A stretch of DNA of 64,000 nt from Octopus sinensis (taxonomy: Eukaryota), in NCBI RefSeq assembly GCF_006345805.1, contig NC_043003.1:35836001-35900000 (forward strand). Direction: 5' to 3'. This document shows, piece after piece, positions 53,211-64,000 of this stretch. The notes under the pieces are model-generated. The model was not told the origin of the DNA and searched no databases. It saw nothing but the letters and a program-made list of their open reading frames with translations. The position numbers and the translations under genes are program-made. The first letter of the stretch is position 1, and every line of letters begins with the position of its first letter.

Positions 53211-53499
53211 TGTGTGTATGTACGTGCACGCAAAGTTATATACGTATACATCTATACATGTATGCCTATTTATATATATATCCATGTATTATTTGCTACG
53301 TTTCCAAGGATCAATGTCCATTTTTTTTTCAAGCCTTCCGGTACCGATTAGATTAATACCATTAATGCAGAACACGAACTATTTTATTTAGATTGCAATG
53401 AAAATTTCAGCCGGCCGCTCTTCTAGGAGCGAAGTAATTAACGTAGTGGATAGTCCAGCGACAGGCAGAAAAGCCTATAGATGAGAAGATTCGTGAGAA

Positions 53500-55080
53500 G
53501 CGAGTTAAAATTTCCTTTCAGAAAGTGACAATAGAGAGGTGGTTTTCATGTGCAGATGTAACTATAGTATCATTAGAAAAGCTAGGAAGTTCCTTTAGGT
53601 TTGTGGAGTGTGTTGACAAGGGGCTTTACGGTACTCAGTTGGGTAATGAGAGGACCATATGTCCCCGTAATGCAGTAGATGTTAATAAAGGTTTGGTTTC
53701 GCTAAGTGAGATTATGGGTATTTATGAGGCCTAACTTTTCTGAAGACCGTATGATTCCTATGTGCATACAGTTAATGTTTAGGCAATTTTGTTCATCCCA
53801 GTAATACTTTCGTACGTTGCTGTTAAAAGAAACAATATTGGTATCACTCTACATGGAGATGATTTTGTGATATCCATTCAAAGAAATTGTGCGCGTGTGA
53901 CATGTCGTGTGGAGTTTGCGTGACGATGATGCATGTTTTGGAAAGGTTAGCATGGCATGAAAGTTAGTATCGTCTGTGTTACACTAAGCGTCTTGGAATA
54001 TAGTGGCCAATAGATCACTGGCGTATAACAGGAAGAGAGTGAAGTACAAAATATGAGACGTCCCAAATTTCACAGAAGCGGGATAAAAAGCATCCCGTTA
54101 GCATATCTCCTTAGTTCAATCTGATAGTAAACTACTGAAGAGATGAAAGACAGATGCAACCATAGGTGACAAGTTTACATGACAGAATTTATAACAAACA
54201 TGGTTTCGGATGCTAGTATTACTTTTAACGAACTTTCCATTGTGAGAACCCACCGGTGAGTAAAATCGGAATGTAGCTTTTATGGAAGGTGTAATGGGGT
54301 TAATTGAGGAGAGACACGCAGTCAGTCCGACAGATTCAATATGCGAACTTTGTTGTTCATACTTTTGATGGAATTGAGAACAACAGGTTGATAGCTGGCA
54401 ATTTTAGAGTGTTAGACATTTCTTAGGATGACATACTCAGTGGAGTATATGTAAAGGGGAAGTATATACTTGTAGAGAGTGAAATATTGAAGGGTTTACA
54501 GAATGTAATGATACTCTCTGCAAGATAGGGTTTTGGGATTGTAACAGTGACGTTTTGCGTTTTTCGTTTATAGGTATCGGCTGTAATCTCTCATTTAACG
54601 TGTTTGTATGCAAGGTGCAGAACTTAATAAGGCAGACGGGAATAAATTTACAAGATATATGTTAACTTAATGTAGCTCCCAAGCTCTCGAGCTATCCTTT
54701 TTGAGAAAGAGCATAGTTTGAATCTTATGTTATGAAAGAGATCTTTGTAGTTTAGGATAGAGGCCTTAGAGATAAATAAGCCACTTCCAAAAAGAACGAC
54801 GTCGAGGTTTTGCTGTAGGATATAGGAAGACATAGCCAAAAAGATTTTTTCTTGTAGTCCTGGTTGTTTCTGATGGAACACATAACTGTTGTTCCGAAAA
54901 TATATATGCGGCCAGAGATAATTCTCGATATGTGTTGGGTGGTTGCAATGAATCAGGGATCTTTGATCCCAAAGAGGCTGAGACTATTAAAGGCTCGTAG
55001 TCATTGTTTCGATGTGAGAAATAGGCAAGTCTAGAAGCAGTGTTTTGAGTACTCATTCTCTGGATAGTTACCCAATGACG
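53500..55080 (-). mobile_element. Decayed CR1/L2-like LINE RT region
   Basis: SYQPVVLNS (cf. NYRPISLTS), LFSSLLSD*T, LFLLYASDL and TDDT in RT order. Confidence 0.65.
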
Positions 55081-55151
55081 GGCACACTCACAAACATACA
55101 CACACTTATACTTTCGTTTGCTACTTATGGTTATATATATATATATATATA

Positions 55152-55570
55152 TACTAGCAGTATAGCCCGGCGTTGTTCGGGTTTGTTTTTTAGTTGCGAT
55201 TAAAACGGCAGACTTTGATTTCGCGTTAACAAAGTTTTGGTAGCTTCAATCTATTTTGAAAAGTAAAAGGTTTGCATTATGTAGCTTGTTATTCTCTTTC
55301 AGTGAACATTTTTCTGGTTGAAATACATCGAAAAATGGTGACACAGCAGTCTAAAAGTCGTAAAAACAATAGGGATTTTCATAGAAAGAAGCACCTTTTT
55401 GATGTAAATAATTTTTGGTCTTAACATTTACCAATTTGACTTCTTTTCTATGGAATGAAGAGCAAGCTTTCTTCTATCATACTCTCATTTTTGGTCAACT
55501 TGCGCTGCAGGGTCTCGGAAGAAATATTGTTAGTTGAAAGCTACAAAACATGCCACACACAACTTCAGCT

Positions 55571-55580
<10 letters not shown>
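55152..55580 (+). mobile_element. Non-autonomous Helitron/Helentron-like element
   Basis: TACTAGCAGTATAGCCCGGCGTTGTTCGGG 5' end within (TA)n. Confidence 0.55.
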
Positions 55581-55611
<31 letters not shown>

Positions 55612-56764
55612 AGAAACAGAGGTAGAAAATGGGAAGCTATATATACATTTGAATACTTGAATAATTCCCACAATAACTCCATCATTTCTTCGTTATATCT
55701 TCTCTTGCGTACTCTATCCATTTCCCACAAATATTTCATCTCTCCTCCACTCAATATTCTTTAATTTCTTCCTCCGTCTCTTTGTTTTACTCCTGATTAA
55801 ATCTATGGTTTCCTCTTTCTTTTCCTTCCATTCTTCGTCCATGTTTTCTCTTTTAATCCTGATACGCAAGATCTTTACTTGTTTCATACGCCACTGTTCT
55901 TTACTTATTTCATAACCTTCTTTTTCAAATTTTTTTTTTTTCGAAGATATATTCTCCTTCTTATGAGTTGTTCTCTCTTCATTCATTACATTCTCGTTTC
56001 TTTATTTCATTTCACGTTTTATGAAGAAAAATTTTAAGTGAATTTTTTTCACATATATTTTTGTTCCTATCCAATCAACCTTTCCGTCGCCGATACTTTT
56101 ATTAACTCCATCATATTTTTCATTTCATTTCCTTTTTGTATTCTTTGCTCTTATATTATTTATTACTAACATTTCTTCTTAAATTGTTAATTTTATTTAA
56201 TTTTTTCTTGGCGCGCGTTCGATCACTCTTTATTTATTTTTCATTTTGTCTGGGTTTTTTTTCTCTACTTCACATCTTAATTTGTTTCTCAATATCTTAA
56301 CTCATTTCTTTTACTCTCTCTCTCTCTCTCTCATTCCGATTTACTTTTTCTTAATTTTCTCTTTGCCCTTTTCTATTTATTCATTTACATAAGTACGGCA
56401 CGTGTTGGCGGATGTCACCACACGCGAAGAACGTATTCCTCGCCGTCCCCAAACCCACCATCATTCGTCCTGCAAGTGACTCGGACAATTTGCTAACATT
56501 GAATCCCGATAAAACAGTCTTCAATGTCAAGAGAATACACAAGAGTAATTATTTTCTACTCTGTCTATTTTGTTGACATATTCTTCCAATATTATTATTA
56601 TTGTTGTTATTAATGTTGTCCTATTTCTCTTCATTTTATTTTTCGGTCTCAATGTATGCGTGGAAGAACTTTGTGTGTGTATGTGTTTGCAGAAACGTAT
56701 GTATGAATATACTGGATATATACATGTGTTTATATGTATGTACGTATGTGCGTTTGAGTGTGTA

Positions 56765-56821
<57 letters not shown>

Positions 56822-56835
56822 GTATATGCATATGT

Positions 56836-56875
<40 letters not shown>

Positions 56876-58034
56876 GTTTGTATTTGTATTTACATTTATT
56901 TCTATGTTTTTCTACTTTTTATTTCTGTGTTCTTAAAATTTTAGTTATTCATTTTCATGCTGAAATAAAAGATCGCCCGAGTGACAGAGAATGAGGCCCT
57001 ATATCGTATGATTTCCTCAAGTATTTTTTTCTGTTCTGTTTCGAGTTCAAATTCATCCCTGTTCTACTGAAAGTTTTCTTCCCTATATGTTCAATAAGAT
57101 AAGAACCAGTTATATACAATGGTCTAATAAATTAAATGAAATAACGTGTAAGATTAAATCGTATTATGACAACGTCAAAAAAATCTAATGGCATTTGTGT
57201 TTGGACTAAATGAATATTTATATAAGAGAATGTTTATGCGTATACAAGTATTAGATTGTTAGATAAATTTGTTCATTTTCTTTTTATTTCTGCACGTACC
57301 GTATCCCTTCGTCATAATACGCTAGAAAGAGTTAAAATATATTTCAGACGCGATAAACAAAAACTGCAGGGAAAAACGAAATCTGCGTAAAACTATAAAT
57401 TGCTTCTATAAAATATTTTTTGTGTTAATTCAAAAAATATTACAAGGATTAAAAATAAATAGAAATATAAACGAAGGAGTTTATCTGATGACAGATTGTA
57501 TGTTGATGGTTTTCATCGTTTTGTTGGCAATCACAGGTACTTGGATTCGATTCCGCTGCGAGAAGTTTTAAGCAAATGACTATTACCATAACCTCAAATT
57601 GTCGCAAGTCTTGCTGGCGGCAATTGGGAACCAACTCCGAAAGATTTAAATTGTAATTCAAAGGTAAAACCTTCTCAGACACTTTGTCTCTCTGGTTCTA
57701 TTTATGGGTTACTAGAATAAGTTACTTGTTTCTAGAATATGCAATAATTTCCATAATAAAAGCTAATTCAGCTAAATTCACATCTCCAAAACCGACAAAT
57801 GTCAATTTTCGTTGCATGTATGTTTAATTTAGTATGTAGGCCAATGTGTGGTTAATAAGGTTCCGGGTTCCACTGTACGACACTTTTGGCAAGTGATTTC
57901 CGCTATAGTTATCAACGGGCCGAAGATTTATGAGTAAATTTGGCACACCAAAACTGTGAATATCTGTTGTATATAAATATTGCGGAAATACAAAATGAAC
58001 ATTTGAGACAATATGACGACAAAAAAAGTCCTCC

Positions 58035-58190
58035 ATGCTCTACCAATATTCCAAGGACCCATATGGAGGCAACCTCGATAAACTTGACATCCGCATTTTA
58101 ACCAAAAACCCAAAGGACCCAACACTCAGACAAATACAGGAGTACGTCCTCATAAATGAAACATCCCCAGTACTAAGTAGGAAATATACC
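58035..58190 (+). mobile_element. Penelope-like GIY-YIG C-terminal fragment
   Basis: DIRILTKNPKDPTLRQIQEYVLINETSPVLSRK (cf. IL....D...R.I.E...I....P.LN.K). Confidence 0.45.
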
Positions 58191-58957
58191 CACAGTTTAT
58201 ATTTATATACAGGTAGAAGAGTCAGTGGGCTGTTATGTAGATAGATGTATGTATGTGTGTGTGTATATACGTATATGTATATACACATGTCTGTAGACAT
58301 GGATTCGAAATAAAGAAATAGACATACAGATGGATAGGTACATCGGTTACATGAACAGACAAGTAGACATACACACACACACATACACAAATGAAGAATG
58401 AAACACATAACCATACAAACACACGCTTCTCTTCACATAAGGACACATATGGAGACACACGTACACACATATGGAGATACACATCCATACATACAGACAC
58501 AGTACATACTCTCAAAAACCCATATACACACACACACTCAGATATGCACACTCAAAGAGACAGACACACACATACAAACACACACACACACATAACAATC
58601 CACAAACATGAACACACAAACACACAAAACCAAGAATACGCAGAATACATACATACAAACGTGCACGCATACATATATACATACGCACACACACATGCAT
58701 TAATGCATGCACACACTTACATGCATGCATATATACATATATACATGTGTATGCGCACGCTCACTAACCCACACACATGCGCACAAACAAACAAAAAGAA
58801 CGCAGCTTAAATAACGGACAGAGTCAACAACTATTGGAAATGTTGCAAGACGCAAACGAAATTTTTTTTAAATAAATAAGTATGAGTGGAAAATTTACCG
58901 GCGAGTGTGTTAAATTATAAGGCACTAAAAGAGAATGACTCTCTCAAGACACAACAG

Positions 58958-58994
<37 letters not shown>

Positions 58995-59052
58995 TATAGG
59001 TGAGAAAGTTGGTGTGTGAAAGCCTTCTGTAGTTTTTTCCCTTTTTACTATT

Positions 59053-59091
<39 letters not shown>

Positions 59092-59094
<3 letters not shown>

Positions 59095-59567
59095 TAACAG
59101 TATAGCCCGGCCTTGCCCGGGATTAAGTGAGGATTATTAAGCTAATCAAGTTCTTTATTTCAAACCATCAAATTTGAGCGAAATCCGTTGAAATTGGTAA
59201 ACTTTTGGCTGAAAATGAGTTGCAGACCACCTCATTGGGAAATCCCATTGCGAATCGGTTTATCGATTTTTCCACTCATCGGGTTTTTTTTTCGTTTTTT
59301 GAAAAATTTAAAGCATTTAAATATCCCATGAGACCTTAGTAATGCTGGCATCCAGTTTGAACAAAATACATTAAATTTGGTAAAAGTTATGGTTGAAAAT
59401 GTGGTGAAGCCAATTTTACTAGGAAATCCTATAAGGAATCGGTTTATCGATTTCTTTCATCCTGATTAAATGAAAAACCCCAAAAGGAATCGGTTTATTA
59501 ATTTTTCACCCCAAATAGAACTTGACCAAACGCAACATTGCTGATTCAAAAACATCTATATTTATAT
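59092..59567 (+). mobile_element. Non-autonomous Helitron/Helentron-like element with internal subrepeats
   Basis: TACTAACAGTATAGCCCGGCCTTGCCCGGG 5' end; GAATCGGTTTATCGATTT repeated three times. Confidence 0.55.
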
Positions 59568-59830
59568 TTTTAAAGTTGGTTTTCACACCTAACCCAGGTC
59601 TGCAGAATCAGTGTCGCGACGGGAGCGCATGGGTTGGGAGTTTTATCGGCAGAGGTCATCAGGCTGCACATGCAGCCTTTTGAAAACACCACCCCATCAT
59701 CTAGCCTCCCCCCACCTTTGCCCATGGGTTAGGAACCCTGTCAGCAAGGAAGATAGAACGTCCAAAAGGGCTCCCGATCCTCTGTGTCTGAAGCGCTTAC
59801 GTTCAGATCACAAGTAAGTCTTAAGTATAG

Positions 59831-59869
<39 letters not shown>

Positions 59870-62200
59870 CACACACACATACACACACTCTCACACATAC
59901 ACACTCGTACGTACGTACACCTATTGCAACAATACGAATATATTTTTCGCTTCGATACCGCAGAGATATTCTACCGGATGCACCCAGTTCCGTCCGCACT
60001 GTGTTATAAAAGATCTTGCAAAGTTAAGAATGTTGGTAATTCCTAAATGAATGAATTTCGTACATATGACATTAATTACAGATTGTGTTCTGTTTTATCT
60101 TTATATTTTCTTTCAAGGATTTAATCTGCCAAAACGGATCGGAACGAAATAAAAGTCTTGTAATTGGTCTGAAGAGAGTAATATACTGAAATACCCCTTT
60201 CACTCTGCATGAATAAATATATCGTATTATACTTATGCAACAATAAAGATTTCTAATAAAACAAATATAGCAATACCAGATATTCATTCGTCTGTTTATA
60301 TCATATATACTCACACAGCGTGTGTGTATGTGTGTGAATGTGTGTGTATATGTGTGTGGGGGGTGATATCATGTATATACACATATATATATATATATGC
60401 ATGTATGTTCAGAGATGAAGAGAGACATTTGTGAGAGAAAGAAAGAGAGAAAAGCATACAACAATATGAAATTATTTTCTTTACTCTTCTAACACCACAT
60501 ACGTGCGTATGGAAAGTCTAGCAATTTCACAGATGCAATCAAAGAACTGGTCAAACGGTCATTCACTTTATCGAAGAACTAAATAATCATAGGCAAAATT
60601 ATTAGAAGATCCGTTAAACACACGCACACACACATGTTATATATGTATATATATGTATTATATATGTACATACATATGTATGTGTATATATTCTATATAT
60701 ACAATACATATGACTATGTAAGTGTATGTGTAGACAATTGTATGTATGTATGTATGTTTGTATGTATGTATGTATGTATGTATGTACTTATGTATGTATG
60801 TACGTATGTATGTATGTACGTATGTATGTATGTATGTATGTATGTATGTTTGTATGTATGTATGTATGTACGCACACATAGTTTTATAGAACTTTATGCA
60901 ACGTTCTTGCTTCGTCTTCATTTTGCTCCTGTTTGATTTTTCATTTCGCCGCTGGAAAATGTGTGCACATGATTGGTTGAATGTTCCTGATTATTATTAT
61001 AGTGATGATGACACTGATGACGAAGAGAAGGTGAGTAGAAGTGATGAGGAGGAGGAGGAGGGGTGGAGAAATAGGAAGGATAAGAGGAGTACGATGGTGA
61101 TGTAAATGATACTGATGATGATGACGATGACGATACCGACGACGACGACGACGGCGGCACCGACAACGGTTCGGTGGTGATAAGGATGATTATGTTGATG
61201 ATTGTTTTCTTATTATATCCGTTTCATTGTCACCATATTCAATGTAACACTACCTCTTTTGTTGTGGAACATTTCAATAGTAGAAGAAAAAAAATATTAG
61301 GTGGCAGAATTATTCATCTGCATTCCATTGTATTCGGCAAGAAATCTTCTTAATGCCTTCCTATACTTATTTGCTACAGCACATGGTGTGATGAAATGCA
61401 AGGTTTCTTCTGTCTAGTCTGTTATTTCAGGTTTCATAGATCAAATTGCAGCACAATAACCTCCATTCATCTCCACAAAAATAACAACAAATACAGAAAT
61501 GAACAATACAGAAGGAATGCAAAATAAGTCAGTATTATTGTCTTAACATTGCGTTGTTAACATACACAACGTTGTTAAAACTTTGTATTCATTGTGCTGT
61601 GCTTAATATGTTATTAATATGTGCTTAATATGCGTATTTCATATTACTTCCTTGTTATTGGGGTTCTTATATATTCCTAGTTCAGCCCTTTTGCGGGAGA
61701 TATAGATTGGAATTGTTCCTTTTTAACCTGGGGCTTCATTATTAACAGTGTCCCTTTTAATTTAAAGAGAACGTAGTGTAGTTTCTCAGACATTTTGCTG
61801 ATATTTCAGTGAGATTTCTGTAGAAGCTCATTCAACCCTTTGGTGACTAATACTGTATTGATGATGATGATCATCATCATGGTAGTGGTGGTGGTGGTGG
61901 TGGTGGTGGGTGGGGTGTGTGATGTTATTGGTGTTGGTGGTGGTGTTAGTGTTGGTGATGCGGTGATAGTTGAACACAGCGTTGATATGTAGTAAGAAAT
62001 GCTTCAAAGATAATCAACCTAAAAAACAAATGCGTGTCACCCGCAGAGGTGCATACGATAAAGACAACGAGCTCTCATTTTATGCTACTGATCAATATTT
62101 AATAGAGATAACTTAAGTTACCACCTTATTAAGTATATGTTGACCATTGCTTATCATACCATATGTTTAAATACTTATGCTCGGAACTGGAATAATTTAA

Positions 62201-62421
62201 CCCATTAATGCATAGCGTCCAGAAAAATGAACGCAGGAAAAATTACTATCACTTGTTTCATACGTGTGTATAGCTTGCTTGTTTGTACGCAGCGCCTGCT
62301 CACTCAGAGAGCACTAGTTTAGACACAGACTACGCCAAAAATAAGCTCAATAGGTAGTTTACTTAACAAGCAATGGTAATTTTTCCTGCGTCCATTTTTC
62401 TGGACGCTATGCATTAATGGG
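62201..62421. mobile_element. piggyBac-type MITE
   Basis: 57-bp TIRs (62201-62257 / 62365-62421), CCC...GGG ends, TTAA at left and TGAA at right. Confidence 0.8.
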
Positions 62422-62989
62422 TGAACATGAATTTTCAGATGAAGATGGTGAGTAGAAAATGCTATGTACTAATCATAATAGACTATTTTGATCATCTCTG
62501 TATAATTAACATATAAGTGGAGAAGCTTCCAGGCTTCCTTAGTGCCTTGGTGCCCAACAAAGGAATAAATTACTCTTTTTATTTTGCTTGTTTTCTGATG
62601 ATCTGGCCTTATGATGTGATTAAGCAACCATCTTTGTAGCGATTACTGTATAGCAGTGGTATCCAACCTCGAGTCCGCAAAGCTAGTACTGGGGGTCTGT
62701 GAACTAAATTCAAAAATTATACATGCATACATATACAAATATAAATATATATATATATATACTACCATTAAAGACCCGTCGTTGCCGGGTCATAGTGCTA
62801 GTCCATGTATATATGTGTATATATATGTGTACATATTACATGTACATCTATATATATACATCTACACATAAAATACAAAATACAAAGTTATATCTTGATA
62901 TCGCTAGTGATAACAATACACAAAATATATAACAGACTGGAATTGTTAGCCCGTCTCTTGTAATTTCAATCAGTTGTATCATGTCCTCT

Positions 62990-63250
62990 CTCTTGTATAG
63001 AAGTGTGGCTACAATCCAGCCTACCTCTACTTCGGGGGGGGGGAAGACATTTTAAATTTTTTCCGGGACTTCCTACGTCCCAGATATAAAGGTAAAAATA
63101 AAATATTTCTACTTTGCAAGTTCGATTCGAGTACTCCCTTGCACGCTCCGTTGACTCGAACCTTGCTTCTGTTGTGGCGAATTTACCACCTCTGGTTAGA
63201 TACCTTTTATAGTCGCACCAAGACACTTTTCGAAGGTGCTTTCCTCTATG
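62990..63250 (-). mobile_element. L1/Tx1-like ORF1 N-terminal fragment
   Basis: YLTRGGKFATTEARFESTERAREYSNR aligns with FISRGVRYATVWLLFDTPEEACKFASK of the 23657 ORF1. Confidence 0.6.
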
Positions 63251-63251
63251 T

Positions 63252-64000
63252 TATTTCTTTATTACCCACCAGGGGCTACGAAGAATGCCGGACATAACAA
63301 AACATGGGGGACATAGAACAATATGATTAAATTTATGAGCAAATGAAAATGAAAAAATGATAATATGAAAGCGATGCTAACGGCCCCCTCCGCCAGCATC
63401 ACTTACCTGTTCTTTTGTTTTCACTGTCACCTGAATGTTCATTCCCAATACAAAGACCATCCATATCCATTCTTACTCCGAAACTGTCCTCCATATATTC
63501 CACGAATTCATCGCTCATTCTTGTATCTTTCACCTCCCAATTCTCTCTTTCACACCTCAACACAAACTCATCTATATTCTTCTTTTCCAGCACTGCATAT
63601 CTGGTCCCATCCATTTCATACCATTCATACTCCTCCATTACCCTTTCAACCTCTTTCTGTTCAGTCACAATATAAATGTTCGGCCTGGGTTCGTTTTCAA
63701 ACTCTTGTCTGTCTGTATTGATATTTTTTTTTTGTTTTCTTGTTGGAGGGGAGCGGGTGGGTTCACTGTCTGCAGGGGAAGGGTGGGATTCAGAGGGTGC
63801 GGGTGGTGTTGGGGTGGGTTGGGGCTTCGCACAGTTTTTCTTTTTCTTTCTTTTTCTCTTTTTTCTTCCTTCTTCCCACTCTTGTTGCATCTCCTCTTCT
63901 TCTGTCGTTTCTTTTTCCCTTTGGTTCTCTTTGGTTTCTTCCTCTTTTGGGGCTTCCGCGACGATTTCCTTTTCTTTTTCCTTTGGTGGGGGAGGGCAGT
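63252..64000 (-). mobile_element. L1/Tx1-like ORF1 C-terminus followed directly by a 3' tail (runs off the window)
   Basis: Open frame to the stop at 63399 with K/P-rich low complexity and PNIYIVTEQKEVERVMEEY (cf. DDILIFFHRGGEIEKVMEKH); AATAAAGAAATA tail about 150 bp after the stop. Confidence 0.65.

Noticed and set aside
60955-61036. Acidic ORF ending at AAG/GTGAGT as an exon
   Set aside because: Embedded in (GAT)/(GAG) low-complexity sequence; the donor-like match is probably incidental.

Overview
Eukaryotic, very AT-rich, repeat-saturated DNA, most likely from a cephalopod (Octopus-like). This is inferred from the tRNA-derived SINE families and the dense (TA)n/(CA)n/(GATA)n microsatellites, not from a database hit. 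I cannot support any intact host protein-coding exon; almost all long ORFs in the track are microsatellite translations. The window holds SINEs of three types, decayed DNA transposons (Tc1/mariner, piggyBac, a possible Sola), MITEs, Helitron/Helentron-like non-autonomous elements, decayed LINE and Gypsy fragments, several Penelope-like element (PLE) fragments, two L1/Tx1-like elements that carry ORF1 but little or no ORF2, and a decayed C2H2 zinc-finger relic. The most striking unannotated signal is a set of sequence-unrelated, non-coding elements that each carry a type I hammerhead ribozyme (HHR) fold with a palindromic or near-palindromic stem III (about 5.4/5.7 kb, 13.5 kb, 29.2/29.8 kb, 34.4 kb and 44.1 kb, plus partial copies). 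Most sit in or beside (TA)n tracts and show direct terminal repeats or inverted duplications. They look like PLE-dependent retrozyme-like parasites. All folds and alignments were done by eye; ribozyme activity and novelty are untested.
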